Shown: positions 29,717-39,800 of the stretch, one piece after another
Layout: each line of letters begins with the position of its first letter
Position numbering within the stretch: position 1 is the stretch's first letter
DNA from: a virus
Lineage: Duplodnaviria; Heunggongvirae; Uroviricota; Caudoviricetes
Virus record (IMG/VR): IMGVR_UViG_2526164631_000038
Strand: one strand, 5' to 3'
Length of the DNA stretch: 43,688 nucleotides
Notes under the pieces: model-generated
What the model saw: only the letters and a program-made list of their open reading frames with translations
Database searches by the model: none
What the model was told of the DNA's origin: nothing
Position numbers and translations under genes: made by a program

Positions 29717-30254
29717 GTTTAACTCGAACAGCTTCACGAAGCTCGCCAACATCCATACTATTGGCGAGTTTTGACCATAAGACGCGTTTAGGTTTATTTT
29801 TCAAATTCTGTAGCTCCCCTACATCACTTAATAGGGAAAGCAATTCATCTTTCCAAAGAAGCATTGTTAAGGAAAGTTTGTCCACTTGTGGATTCAACTT
29901 GCTAGTTCGAATTGTTTTTAAATGGATACCTTGCCGTGCACCTTGCGTAACTTGCTTTATCCCCCACCATGATGGAACTATGCTTAAAGCATCATAAAGA
30001 TGGCAATCAGAGACAACCAACGTTACTTTATCCATCACTGATGAGTAATGTTGCACCTGCGCTGGTAATCTGAGCAAGTTATCACTTTTGCTCTTCAACT
30101 CATAACCATGTATAAGCCCATTGATCACTGCTATATCAGCTCTGCTAGCCCCCAGATTCATCGTAAACTCATCAATGATTAGGGTGTCAGGATCTTTATG
30201 ATGATCTCTCAAAATCTTGGCATGCACAGCCTTTCTTACATCAATGTCTCTCAT
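29676..30254 (-). CDS. uncharacterised 192-aa protein, sce7726-like with PD-(D/E)xK-like motif; second gene of the candidate defence pair
   Basis: LIIDEFTMNLGASRADIAVINGLIHGYELKSKSD has the D...(D/E)xK arrangement of restriction-endonuclease-fold nucleases; convergent with and overlapping the Beta-like gene. Confidence 0.75.
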   Translation of the reverse strand: MRDIDVRKAVHAKILRDHHKDPDTLIIDEFTMNLGASRADIAVINGLIHGYELKSKSDNLLRLPAQVQHYSSVMDKVTLVVSDCHLYDALSIVPSWWGIKQVTQGARQGIHLKTIRTSKLNPQVDKLSLTMLLWKDELLSLLSDVGELQNLKNKPKRVLWSKLANSMDVGELREAVRVKLKARKEWRVAQQP

Positions 30255-30525
30255 ACCATAGTTGCGCTTTCATCGACTCTCTCAAGCCATGATTCTATAT
30301 CATGGTTCGCATGAATGCCATTTGATATGACCAGTGGTTAAACATTGCACAGAAAAGTGGATGTGTATTTTAACAAAAGCAATGACGGCTAACCATGTTG
30401 GTATGTCGATAAAATGTTTCAACGTAAGCATTATCTGTTCCGCCCTTTCGGGCGGCCTCCTGATGTTCTGAGGGTGCAGAAATCCCTCCGGTTAAGGATT
30501 AAATTTTTAACAGTGCTAAATTTAA

Positions 30526-30882
30526 TTATTCAGTTCTGGATTTTGTCACCCTGCGTATCCGTGCTTTCGCATTACGCTCAATCTGAATTAGCTTTTCTAT
30601 ATTTTTTCGCCTTTCCTGTTCCTCCTGGCGCAATAGTTTTACATCATCTGCCAGTCTGGTTTCTCTTTTCGCCACAGAGAGCATCCAGTCAAATGGCTCC
30701 ACAACTGCACCGCAGATTTTACAGCGGACCTGACGCTCTTTTTCGTCAACCCGGACAGAAGCGTGATGGCAGTATGGTCTTTCCGATGGCTCATAAAGAA
30801 AATTAACCTGATTACGTGGGTCATCCTCTTTTACCGGAAATAAAACAATATTACTTAACTCATCTTCTGGTTTTATTTCCAT
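30526..30882 (-). CDS. hypothetical protein with zinc-ribbon-like Cys/His cluster
   Basis: 118 aa from MEIKPEDE (AGGAGAGGAG Shine-Dalgarno); PYCHHASVRVDEKERQVRCKICGAV; basic coiled-coil C-terminus. Confidence 0.55.
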   Translation of the reverse strand: MEIKPEDELSNIVLFPVKEDDPRNQVNFLYEPSERPYCHHASVRVDEKERQVRCKICGAVVEPFDWMLSVAKRETRLADDVKLLRQEEQERRKNIEKLIQIERNAKARIRRVTKSRTE

Positions 30883-30939
30883 GCTCCTCTCCTTTGATGC
30901 GAATGCCAGCGGCAATTGAAGCCTGATAGCTAATTTCAC

Positions 30940-31362
30940 TCACAGCACCACCTCCTGAAAACTCCCCTGATAAAACGCCAGCACTCGCTGCATAACCTCA
31001 CTATTCCGGCACTCGCGACAGATTATGTTCTGTCGTCTGTTGTAACGACGTATTTCTCCGTCTGGTAATGACCAGATAAGGTCAGGATCAACCACAACCG
31101 GTTTCTTCACCTTTGCCCTTGATAGTTTTTTGCGGGCGTTTTGCCAGTCTTTACGCGCCTGCTCAGACGGGAATAATCCGTAGCCAGAATTGTAAACATC
31201 ACCACTGGCGACCAGTTCTCTGGCGAGAGTGCTTATGTAATACCTTGATGCACCGGTTTTAGCCTCCAGAGCCCGTAACGTCTCGCGACCGCTCAGACGT
31301 ACAAGTTCAACAACCTGCCCTTTAATTTTTTCCCGCTCTTCTGGTGTAAATACTTTTGCCAT
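30940..31362 (-). CDS. hypothetical early protein
   Basis: 140 aa from MAKVFTPEEREK (GGAGG Shine-Dalgarno); early-right operon. Confidence 0.5.
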   Translation of the reverse strand: MAKVFTPEEREKIKGQVVELVRLSGRETLRALEAKTGASRYYISTLARELVASGDVYNSGYGLFPSEQARKDWQNARKKLSRAKVKKPVVVDPDLIWSLPDGEIRRYNRRQNIICRECRNSEVMQRVLAFYQGSFQEVVL

Positions 31363-31377
31363 AGGTGCCTCCGGCAA

Positions 31378-32139
31378 TCACTTTTCCGATGCAACACAGC
31401 GAGAAGAATCAGTAATCTGTCGAACAATATCCCGGTGCTTGTTCAGTTCCCGCAGCGCAGCACAGACTCGTTCCCACTTCTGGACATGACTTTTCGCCCG
31501 ACGCAGTTCGCGGTTTGCCATATGCAGCGATGGTAAAACCAGGTCATCCGCTCGCGTTTCAGTAAACGATGGCAGCGACTGCACAATGTCCGCCACAGTT
31601 TCTGTTTTAATATCTTCCTGTGTTGCAGCCTCACGTACTGGTAACGCAACACCTGCGGGCTGAGGAAAGGCCTTACCATCAGTTTCCGCTACCGATGCTG
31701 CTTTCGGCTCTGCTGGTAAATTATCGCCCGGTATGCAGTAACGAAATTTACCGCCCTGATTTACGCGAATCAGACGACCTTTGCTGATTGCCATTGCCAG
31801 CGTTGAAGCCACTTTGCGTGATGTGGTACCAAACAATGTAGCCAGCTCATCAGCCGTTTGTGGTCCGCGTTGTTCAATCGTCGCGGTTAAATCGCACTCT
31901 GAGATTTTCGCTACTGTTGCTGTGGTGGTTTCTTCCGGCAGTTCTGCCTGCGCTGGCTGTTCCTGCTGAACGTTGTTATCAGCCACACGCCAGGTGTACG
32001 CGCTTTTATCAACAAAACCAGCCTTTTTCAGTTCCCATAGTTCGTTCAGCACTTCTTCACGACTGATATCAAGTCGCGCAGCCAGCTCTACCGACGTGGC
32101 TTTTCCCATTGCTTTCAGTGCGTCAAAAACAGTCTCCAT
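31378..32139 (-). CDS. winged-helix DNA-binding early protein
   Basis: 253 aa from [30 protein letters not shown] (GGGAGA Shine-Dalgarno); two wHTH-like repeats. Confidence 0.55.
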   Translation of the reverse strand: METVFDALKAMGKATSVELAARLDISREEVLNELWELKKAGFVDKSAYTWRVADNNVQQEQPAQAELPEETTTATVAKISECDLTATIEQRGPQTADELATLFGTTSRKVASTLAMAISKGRLIRVNQGGKFRYCIPGDNLPAEPKAASVAETDGKAFPQPAGVALPVREAATQEDIKTETVADIVQSLPSFTETRADDLVLPSLHMANRELRRAKSHVQKWERVCAALRELNKHRDIVRQITDSSRCVASEK

Positions 32140-32161
32140 TAAATTTTTCTCCCGGTAAAAA

Positions 32162-32908
32162 TTACTTCGCAATTCCTGGCTGGACGACATTCGGACGCCA
32201 GCTCTCCCAGTTAAAATTCACCCAACACCCGCCGTTCATGGTCATGCGATCCATAATCCTCTCGCCGAGCAATGTTTTCATGGCCTCATAGTTCAGGTTT
32301 GTCAGCATTCCCACGCTACGCATCGACGCTGTCCGTCGATCAATAATCTGGTGCAGTACCACCTGCTCGTTTTTCGTCTCGCGCTGAATGCCAATTTCAT
32401 CAAGAACCAGCAGATCCACTTCGCACAGCTCCCGCAAAAATTTTTCGCCTGACTGCCCGTCGTCATAGCTGGCGTGCAGGGCGCTCATAACATCAGCCAC
32501 GGTAACCACAATCACTGTCTGACCGTCTTTCAGCAGGCGATTCCCGATAGCTGCCGCTAAGTGATTCTTCCCGGTACCAGGTTTTCCGCTGAACGCAAAA
32601 TTTGTACACCCGGTCATCAGTTCATCGGCGATGGATTTCGCCTGGCTTAACGCGTATCGCTGCCCTTCGTTCTGCACCTGGTAATTCGCAAACGAGCATT
32701 TGCGGTGCAACGGCTGGATGCCAGAGCGATTCAGGATTTTTTCCACCCGCAACTGACGATTCAGGCGGTTGATCTCCTCGCAACGTTTCTGGCCTTCAGC
32801 AAGTTGCCACTCGCGCCACTCCGCAACCGTTCTGAATGGGGCGGTTACATGTGGTGGGGTCAGTCTGCGGATACGCTCCAGAACGCCGCCTGTCGCAATA
32901 TTTTTCAT
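32162..32908 (-). CDS. DnaC-like helicase loader
   Basis: Walker [18 protein letters not shown], Walker [10 protein letters not shown] and overall near-colinearity with E. coli DnaC as recalled. Confidence 0.85.
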   Translation of the reverse strand: MKNIATGGVLERIRRLTPPHVTAPFRTVAEWREWQLAEGQKRCEEINRLNRQLRVEKILNRSGIQPLHRKCSFANYQVQNEGQRYALSQAKSIADELMTGCTNFAFSGKPGTGKNHLAAAIGNRLLKDGQTVIVVTVADVMSALHASYDDGQSGEKFLRELCEVDLLVLDEIGIQRETKNEQVVLHQIIDRRTASMRSVGMLTNLNYEAMKTLLGERIMDRMTMNGGCWVNFNWESWRPNVVQPGIAK

Positions 32909-32914
32909 GGTCTG

Positions 32915-33709
32915 TTACCCCCTGAAGCCTGGCGGGATCGCACTGTCCGGCAACGAGACGGTGTTAACCTGTCGGAGCAACGTCTCAGGCCGAACACCTT
33001 TCGGTGCGAACAAGCCCTGGTATTCATTGGCGATGCTGTGTCGAATCACCTGCTCAGGTGTAAAACCCTGCTGACGGAATTTTTCCAGTTCCCGTATCGC
33101 CCCGTTAGCGCCCTGCTCCGTTCGAATCGGTTTTCGCAATGCCTGTCTGAACCGGACCCACTCATGCCAGAGTGTTTCCGGCAACCAATCAGGCAGCTCA
33201 ATAGCCTCCGGCTCGAATTTTTTAGACGCTCGTTTTTGGCGAGGGGGATTTAGGGGGAGATCAGTATTTAGATCTTCCTCTTCCTCTTCCTCTTCCTCTG
33301 GTAACGCTTTTTGATCCGTTTGTGTAACGCTGGCAGCGTTACCTTTTCGTTTCAGTTCGCGTATTTTTGTAACTCGCTCGTTTGTAACCGCCCGTTTTTT
33401 AGAGCTTTTTCCGTTATGACGTTCAAAGTTAGGTAGAGAAAGCCCAACGTCATTTTCGACCAGCCATCCAACCTGAATTAACGCATCAGCAAAACCAGCC
33501 ATAAAAGTGATGCGATCTATTGCACTTTTTGTAACGCCGCGAGCGTTACAATCTGCATTACCGTCTATCATTTGTTGATCCGCCCATGCCCAGAAGCGAA
33601 TAACCTTCCCTAATGCGGCATCTGGATCAATATTCAGAATCTCAGCAAGCCTGAATATTTCCGGCTTATCCGGCGTAATAACCTCGAGCTTTATCCAGTT
33701 TGAAGCCAT
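32915..33709 (-). CDS. replication initiator / replisome organiser (lambda O-like role, Rac YdaU-like)
   Basis: 264-aa ORF immediately upstream of the dnaC-like gene; internal poly-Glu linker; contains palindromic repeats (see findings). Confidence 0.6.
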   Translation of the reverse strand: MASNWIKLEVITPDKPEIFRLAEILNIDPDAALGKVIRFWAWADQQMIDGNADCNARGVTKSAIDRITFMAGFADALIQVGWLVENDVGLSLPNFERHNGKSSKKRAVTNERVTKIRELKRKGNAASVTQTDQKALPEEEEEEEEDLNTDLPLNPPRQKRASKKFEPEAIELPDWLPETLWHEWVRFRQALRKPIRTEQGANGAIRELEKFRQQGFTPEQVIRHSIANEYQGLFAPKGVRPETLLRQVNTVSLPDSAIPPGFRG

Positions 33710-33786
33710 TTGTTTTCACCTTGTAACGCTCGCAGCGTTACATTTAACTGATACCGAACAAAACAATCCGGCACGATTAATTTCAA

Positions 33787-34209
33787 TCAATGCACTACGA
33801 CAGAATCGCCGGGCGACCCACCACCGCTGAAATGTGCTTTCCGGTAAACGGCCTGGACTGCATCATCATGCGCATCAATTGCCGTACTCAACGCTTCCTG
33901 CGCCGCCAGTAATGCACGGCGTTCCAGGGTATCGAAGATGCAGAGTCGGTGACGCAGCTCGCGCGGAAGAATTGCCAGAACCGCAGGGATCAGTTTCTGA
34001 ATTTTTTCCCTTTGCGCTTTCGTTTCACCTTTCAACCAACGGTGATAGATATTCTGCTGATTGTTCCAGTCCTTGCCTGGTACAAGGGGCAATTCGCCGC
34101 CCCCCTGGCGCAGATATTCTTCAGTAATTGCGTTAGCGACCCACGCCTGCCCTTTTTCGGCTGCCAGGGCTAACAACACTGATTCGATGTGCTCATGCCT
34201 GATTTTCAT
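33787..34209 (-). CDS. CII-like lysogeny regulator (Rac YdaT-like)
   Basis: 140-aa ORF directly downstream of cro, overlapping its stop; sequence recalled as close to Rac YdaT. Confidence 0.5.
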   Translation of the reverse strand: MKIRHEHIESVLLALAAEKGQAWVANAITEEYLRQGGGELPLVPGKDWNNQQNIYHRWLKGETKAQREKIQKLIPAVLAILPRELRHRLCIFDTLERRALLAAQEALSTAIDAHDDAVQAVYRKAHFSGGGSPGDSVVVH

Positions 34210-34448
34210 GAATCAACCGCTCCTATGCTGTTTTCGCTATGCTTACCGTCTGGGGGGAATACATCGTCAAGTCCACAATGAGTGCCAAGCCGATTAAGGG
34301 TAGAAACAATTTTTCTGCACTCCTCTAGTCCAGGGGTACGAAAATTTGCTTCGTAATTTGCCAGTCGGCTTTGTATCCACCCTAACTGAACAGCAAGTTG
34401 TCTTTGAGACAGCCCAAGCTGTTTTCGATATGTTGAAATTTTGTTCAT
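34206..34448 (-). CDS. cro: Cro-like HTH repressor (XRE family)
   Basis: 80 aa; HTH LGLSQRQLAVQLGWIQSRLANYE; GGAGG Shine-Dalgarno; divergent from the cI-like gene. Confidence 0.7.
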   Translation of the reverse strand: MNKISTYRKQLGLSQRQLAVQLGWIQSRLANYEANFRTPGLEECRKIVSTLNRLGTHCGLDDVFPPDGKHSENSIGAVDS

Positions 34449-34465
34449 TGAAAACCTCCGATGAC

Positions 34466-34497
34466 AATTTTAAACACACCTTGTGTTATATGGTCAA
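34466..34497 (-). promoter_or_regulatory. pR-like promoter with embedded operator
   Basis: Minus strand TTGACC-17-TTTAAA upstream of cro; palindrome AACACACCTTGTGTT (34473..34487) lies in the spacer. Confidence 0.55.
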
Positions 34498-34544
34498 GCT
34501 GTTTTGTGTTTTATATAAATCACGATTCGTGATACAAGGATGCA

Positions 34545-34964
34545 ATGGAAAAAGAAAACGAAAAAATTGCCGCTAGTAGGCTCAATGACAAAATTGCAAT
34601 GCGTCTTAAAGAGCGCAGGCAGAAGCTTGGTTTATCTCAAGGAAAACTTGCTGAAATCTGCGGATGGACGCAATCGCGTATAGGTAACTATGAGGCGGGC
34701 AGCAGAAATGTTGGAGTGCATGACGCTGTCGTATTGGGAAAGGCACTTGGCATATCTCCTCCTGAGCTCCTATTTGGAGAACAGGAATCTTCTGAATTGT
34801 GGTTAAATGAATCCCAACGAAAACTTCTTGAGTTGTTTAACCAGCTACCGGGCTCAGAACAACAACGAATGATTGAGCTATTTGAAGTCCGGCTAAAAGA
34901 AATCGATGAGTATGTAGAAAAATATTTGAGAGGCAGGCTTAAAGATAATCCCCCACCGGAGTAA
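34545..34964 (+). CDS. cI: CI-like repressor (XRE HTH, short form without a recognisable autocleavage domain)
   Basis: 139 aa; HTH LGLSQGKLAEICGWTQSRIGNYE; no Ser/Lys peptidase-type C-terminal domain; divergent from cro. Confidence 0.7.
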   Translation: MEKENEKIAASRLNDKIAMRLKERRQKLGLSQGKLAEICGWTQSRIGNYEAGSRNVGVHDAVVLGKALGISPPELLFGEQESSELWLNESQRKLLELFNQLPGSEQQRMIELFEVRLKEIDEYVEKYLRGRLKDNPPPE

Positions 34965-34994
34965 TGATCTTGCTATCACAGTAATATGCCAATC

Positions 34995-35019
34995 AGCCCG
35001 CTATCAGCGGGCTTTTTTG
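34995..35019 (+). terminator. rho-independent terminator after the repressor gene
   Basis: AGCCCGCTATCAGCGGGCT hairpin followed by TTTTTTG. Confidence 0.75.
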
Positions 35020-35047
35020 TACCATCATCATATGACACTCACCACAA

Positions 35048-35088
35048 AACACATATCGTGTTGACATAAGAAAACGCATTGTGTTTAA
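35048..35088 (+). promoter_or_regulatory. pL-like promoter with operator
   Basis: TTGACA-17-TTTAAT; palindrome AACACATATCGTGTT (35048..35062) overlaps the -35 and shares its AACAC/GTGTT arms with the pR operator. Confidence 0.55.
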
Positions 35089-35263
35089 TAAGCATATCCA
35101 AACAACGCCCCACCAGAGAACGGCAGGACAATACCTCGAGTTATCCAGCCACTGAACAGGGCTAAGTAGCCAGCCTGAGGCATACGAACATGACGGCAGT
35201 TGTTGATTGATACAAAGCGCAGTAGATAAAACGTTCCGCCACCCGGCGTTAAGGGGAAAAAAG

Positions 35264-35482
35264 ATGGTTGGTGAAGATCTGGTTGTTATTAACGGTCAAT
35301 TGTGCAGCAAAGATGTGGCAGCCATGCTTATTAGCAAGGTTCTTCCAACTGTGCTGGATGTCATTGCAGAAAAAGTAAAGGCTGGTCGTCCAGACAAGGA
35401 AGTTGAAGAGGCGGCAAAAACAGTTGTTCATGCCGCTACAGAAGCAATTATTTTGAAGAGCCTAGTTTCGCCCAAGCCTTAA
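35264..35482 (+). CDS. small early-left protein (72 aa)
   Basis: ATG preceded by AAGGGGA; first ORF after the pL-like promoter. Confidence 0.4.
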   Translation: MVGEDLVVINGQLCSKDVAAMLISKVLPTVLDVIAEKVKAGRPDKEVEEAAKTVVHAATEAIILKSLVSPKP

Positions 35483-35642
35483 GTGAATCGGCGCTTTTTT
35501 TAGCATCACGTTCATTGAGTAGTGACAAAAACTCATTCTCAGCATTCTCGATTTCCGAGAAAAATTCTTGATGAGTTGTTTCTCGCTGCGATCTGATGCT
35601 GAAAGCTAAAGCAAGTAGCCAGGCTTTGTCTTTATTATCCAT
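35448..35642 (-). CDS. small protein (64 aa) antisense to the early-left operon
   Basis: ORF with weak Shine-Dalgarno; convergent with and overlapping the preceding gene. Confidence 0.3.
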   Translation of the reverse strand: MDNKDKAWLLALAFSIRSQRETTHQEFFSEIENAENEFLSLLNERDAKKSADSLKAWAKLGSSK

Positions 35643-36037
35643 CGGAATACCTTATTACTGGTTGTGTGAGAACTCCAGTATACCACCGAGCCTGAAGTGG
35701 TAAAAAGACAGGCGCACAACACGAAGGCGCATTTCCGGTATTCATAAAGAGTCGGTCTTGTCTGTTAAATTTAAATGGTGGGAGTGCGCCTCCGGTTGTA
35801 AATAACGACATTGCTATGTGTAGTCTTTGGCGGCATCAGTTCTACTCCGTGGCTGCCCTGTCGCCCCTTTTTAAAGTGAATTTTGTGATGCGGTGAATGC
35901 GGCTAAGCGCACGCGGCACAGTTAAAAGCATCAGTGTTATGGGTGGATTATCCGGCGTTAATTGTTAACTGGTTAACGTCACCTGGAGGCACCAGGCACC
36001 GCATCGACAAAATTCATTTGTAAAAATGGAGATAATT

Positions 36038-36259
36038 ATGATTGCTCATCACTTCGGAACTGATGAAATACCACGTCAGTGTGTGACCCCTGGCGATTAT
36101 GTTCTTCATGAAGGTCGGACATATATCGCCTCGGCAAACAATATTAAAAAGCGAAAACTTTATATTCGTAGCCTGACTACAAAAACATGCATTTCTGACT
36201 GCATGATTAAAGTCTTCCTCGGTCGTGATGGTTTACCTGTAAAGGCGGAGTCATGGTAA
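36038..36259 (+). CDS. small early protein, 73 aa; candidate KilR-like cell-division inhibitor by size and position
   Basis: GGAG Shine-Dalgarno before the ATG at 36038; same length and position as kilR in Rac. Sequence identity not verified. Confidence 0.4.
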   Translation: MIAHHFGTDEIPRQCVTPGDYVLHEGRTYIASANNIKKRKLYIRSLTTKTCISDCMIKVFLGRDGLPVKAESW

Positions 36260-36502
36260 TGACTAAGAAATAAAATGTGCTTATCACCTTTGCAATAAAG
36301 AAATTGAAGAAAGCAAAATCATTACAAGACCACTTCATTTCATGCGTGGAGTTATACCAACGACGGAAATGAAAAAATATTGTAGTGAAAGTTGTGCCGA
36401 AAAAGACCAGATGGCACACGAACTTTAATTAACTGACTATTCGAAACTGAATTTATGCCAGCAATGGCAGGGATTCGCTCAACCTTAATTAAGGAGAAAA
36501 AC

Positions 36503-36778
36503 ATGATTACCAGTTATGAAGCCACTGTTGTAACTACTGATGACATTGTTCACGAGGTTAATCTGGAAGGAAAGCGTATTGGCTACGTGATTAAAACAGA
36601 AAATAAAGAAACCCCATTCACTGTGGTTGATATCGACGGTCCATCAGGCAACGTTAAAACACTTAACGAAGGCGTCAAAAAAATGTGCCTGGTGCATATC
36701 GGAAAGAATCTGCCCGCAGAAAAAAAAGCCGGATTTCTGGCAACTCTGATTGCAATGAAATTAAAAGGTGAAATCTGA
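36503..36778 (+). CDS. small early protein, 91 aa (RacC-like position)
   Basis: AAGGAGAAAAAC Shine-Dalgarno; immediately upstream of the RecE-like gene. Confidence 0.45.
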   Translation: MITSYEATVVTTDDIVHEVNLEGKRIGYVIKTENKETPFTVVDIDGPSGNVKTLNEGVKKMCLVHIGKNLPAEKKAGFLATLIAMKLKGEI

Positions 36779-36878
36779 AAGAAATAGCCTGCGTATGGCG
36801 CAGGCTATGAACAGTGTGTATCCGGCAAGATTATTCACTGAACAAACGAATTTTAATCTGAGTTGAGGTTAAAAAACA

Positions 36879-39800
36879 ATGAGCACCGATAAACAAGTTT
36901 ACCCACTGTATTACGAAGCAAAAAATGACAAAGTAAGAAAACGTCTCGGTATTAAAGGCGGTTTTTACTGGGCTGAAGCGAAAAAATTATCCATTGCCAT
37001 CTCCCGTGGTGCTGTTGCAATTGACGATGCTGGCTACGATGAAGATGACTTCAAAAAACCTGTTCGCGTCAATTTGCCCATTGTTGATGACCTCCCGCCA
37101 GAAGGCGTATTTGATACGGAATTCTGCAACCGTTACGAAAAAGGCGGGGAAGATGGCATCACAATGGTATTTATCGCGCCCTCCCCCTCTGCGCAGGGCA
37201 AACCAGCCAGCACTGACAACACCAATGTTAATGGCGAAGACATGACGGAGATTGAGGAGAATATGCTACTTCCGATTTCTGGCCAGGAGCTGCCCATTCG
37301 CTGGCTTGCTCAACACGGCAGCGAAAAACCAGTAACGCACGTTTCACGCGACGAACTCCAGGCATTACACATTGCACGGGCTGAAGAACTACCGGCTGTT
37401 ACTGCCCTGGCTATTTCGCATAAAACCAGTCTGCTCGACTCGCTGGAGATTCGCGACCTCCACAAACTGGTTCGTGACACTGACAAAGTTTTCCCTAATC
37501 CTGGTAATTCAGACCTGGGACTAATAACTGCTTTTTTCGAAGCATACCTGGACGCTGACTACACTGATCGGGGTCTGCTGACAAAAGAGTGGATGAAAGG
37601 AAATCGTGTTTCACGCATCACCCGCACGGCTTCCGGTGCTAATGCTGGCGGTGGGAACAAAACCGATCGCAATCCGAATTTAGTACACACCCTCGACACA
37701 CTGGATGTGGAGATTGCAGCAGCCACACTTCCGATGGATTTTAATATTTATGAAATTCCGGGCAGCGTTTATCGTCGCGCAAAAGAAGTAGTCCTGAACA
37801 AAGAAAGTCCGTTCAAAGAATGGTCCGCAGCACTTCGTGCAACCCCGGGTATTCTGGACTATTCCCGCGCCGCTATTTTTGCACTTATCCGAAGCGCACA
37901 CCCTGAATTTTATCACTACCCGGGACGCCTTCAGGGGTATATCAACGCCTATTTGACGGAAACTGATCACGAGAACCCCAGCAAGGAAACTCTCACAGCT
38001 GCCCGGCATACGCCGGAAAAAGATATCCTGGAAGAAATTAACCGCGAGGTGGTTACTGAGCGTGAAACAGAAGAAGAAAAACCACAACCATCTGACGCAA
38101 TGGCAGGTGAACAGGCAACAACTGAAACAATGGAACCGGATACAACTGAACATGGCCAGAACGCGCAGTCGCTGGATGCTCAGTCGCAGGTGAGTTCCGC
38201 TAACCAAGTAAAAGTCACCGCTGACGAAGTAAACAAAATTATGCAGGCAGCCAATATCAGCCAGCCTGACGCCGATAAGTTACTTGCTGTATCGCGTGGT
38301 GAATTTGTTGAGGGGATTAGCGACCCTAATGATCCGAAATGGGTCAAGGGGATCCAGACTCGCGATTCTGTGAACCAGAACCAGCATGAATCGGAACGGA
38401 ACGACCAAAAAGCGGAACAAAACAGCCCAAATGCGTTACAAAACGAGCCAGAAACGAAACAATCCGAACCAGTAGCGCAACAGGAACCGGAAAAAGTCTT
38501 CACCGCCTGCGGTCAGAGCGGTGGCGGCAACTGCCCTGATTGTGGCGCGGTGATGGGCGACGCAACATACCAGGAAACATTCGATGAAGAGAATCAGGTT
38601 GAAGTTCAGGAAAATGATCCGGAGGAAATGGAAGGTGCTGAACATCCGCACAAGGAGAACGCTGGCAGCAATCCGCATTGCGATTGCAGTGATGAAGCTG
38701 GTGAAGCGACAGCACCTGTAGTAACTGAAATCATGTGGCCGTCATATTTCGAGCCTGGCCGCTATGAAAACCTCCCGAACGAGGTTTATCACTCCGCCAA
38801 CGGAATAAGCAGCACAATGCTGAAGGATGCCCGCATCAGCCTGATGTATTACCACGGACGGCACATTGCCGGAACTATTCTGGGCGAGGAAAGTGATGCA
38901 TTGCTGCGTGGGCGGATTATTCACAGCTATGTTCTGGAAACGGATAAATTCGCTGATGAGTATGCCATTCCGGTACCGGTTCCTGAATATGTGGTTACTA
39001 CTTCTAACGAACTGATCGCCATCATTAAAAAACACAATGCCAGTCTGCCAGCACTGATGACACCAGAGCAGATGAAAGAGTGGATCGAAAGCTACAACAG
39101 CACTCTTATACAGCCACTGTCGGTAAGTGCCGGGGCCGAAGAAACAGGCATCCTTTACGGTTCGCTTCCGGAGGAATTCCGGCGTATTCCTGAGGGGGAA
39201 AAACACACAGCATCAGCAATGAAAGCCTGTATTAAAGAATACAACGCAAGCCTCCCTCCTCTGCTGAAAGCCAGTGGAACACGGGAGCAGCTCCTGGAGC
39301 AAATTGAAACTGTAGATCCAGAACTGGCAAAAAAAGAACGTGCTAAATCTTTGCCTTACAACATCAGTGGCACAAAAGAGCAATTAACCGAAATCGCCCG
39401 GAAAATTCGCCCGGAACTGGTGACACTGGAGGACTGGCAAAAATGCCAGCAAGAAGAAAACGCCGGGAAAACGTTTATCAGTCCGGATATGTATGAACAG
39501 GCAAAAAATATTCACGCAGCACTGCAAAACAATACTGATGCAGCAAGGCTACTCAACCACCCGGATCGCAAATCTGAAATCAGCTATTTCGGGTTTGATG
39601 AAGAAACCGGGCTGGAAATCAGGGTCCGTCCTGATATCGAAATCCGGCTGCCATACGAAAGCATTTGCGCCGACGTGAAGTCAGTCAGCCTCGGTTATGT
39701 GCGACAGGAACGACTGAAAGATCGCCTGCACCGTGAAATTATTGAGCGTGATTATCACCTCAGCGCAGCAATGTATTGCGATGTGGCAAACCTGGACAAA

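Noticed and set aside
30440-30455. GC hairpin CCGCCCTTTCGGGCGG as a terminator
   Set aside because: No U-run follows on either strand; more likely a structural or REP-like element or a processing site.
33268-33300. Hexamer tandem repeat (CCTCTT)n as a CRISPR-like or microsatellite element
   Set aside because: It is inside the initiator ORF and simply encodes a poly-Glu linker; no spacer-repeat architecture is present anywhere in the window.
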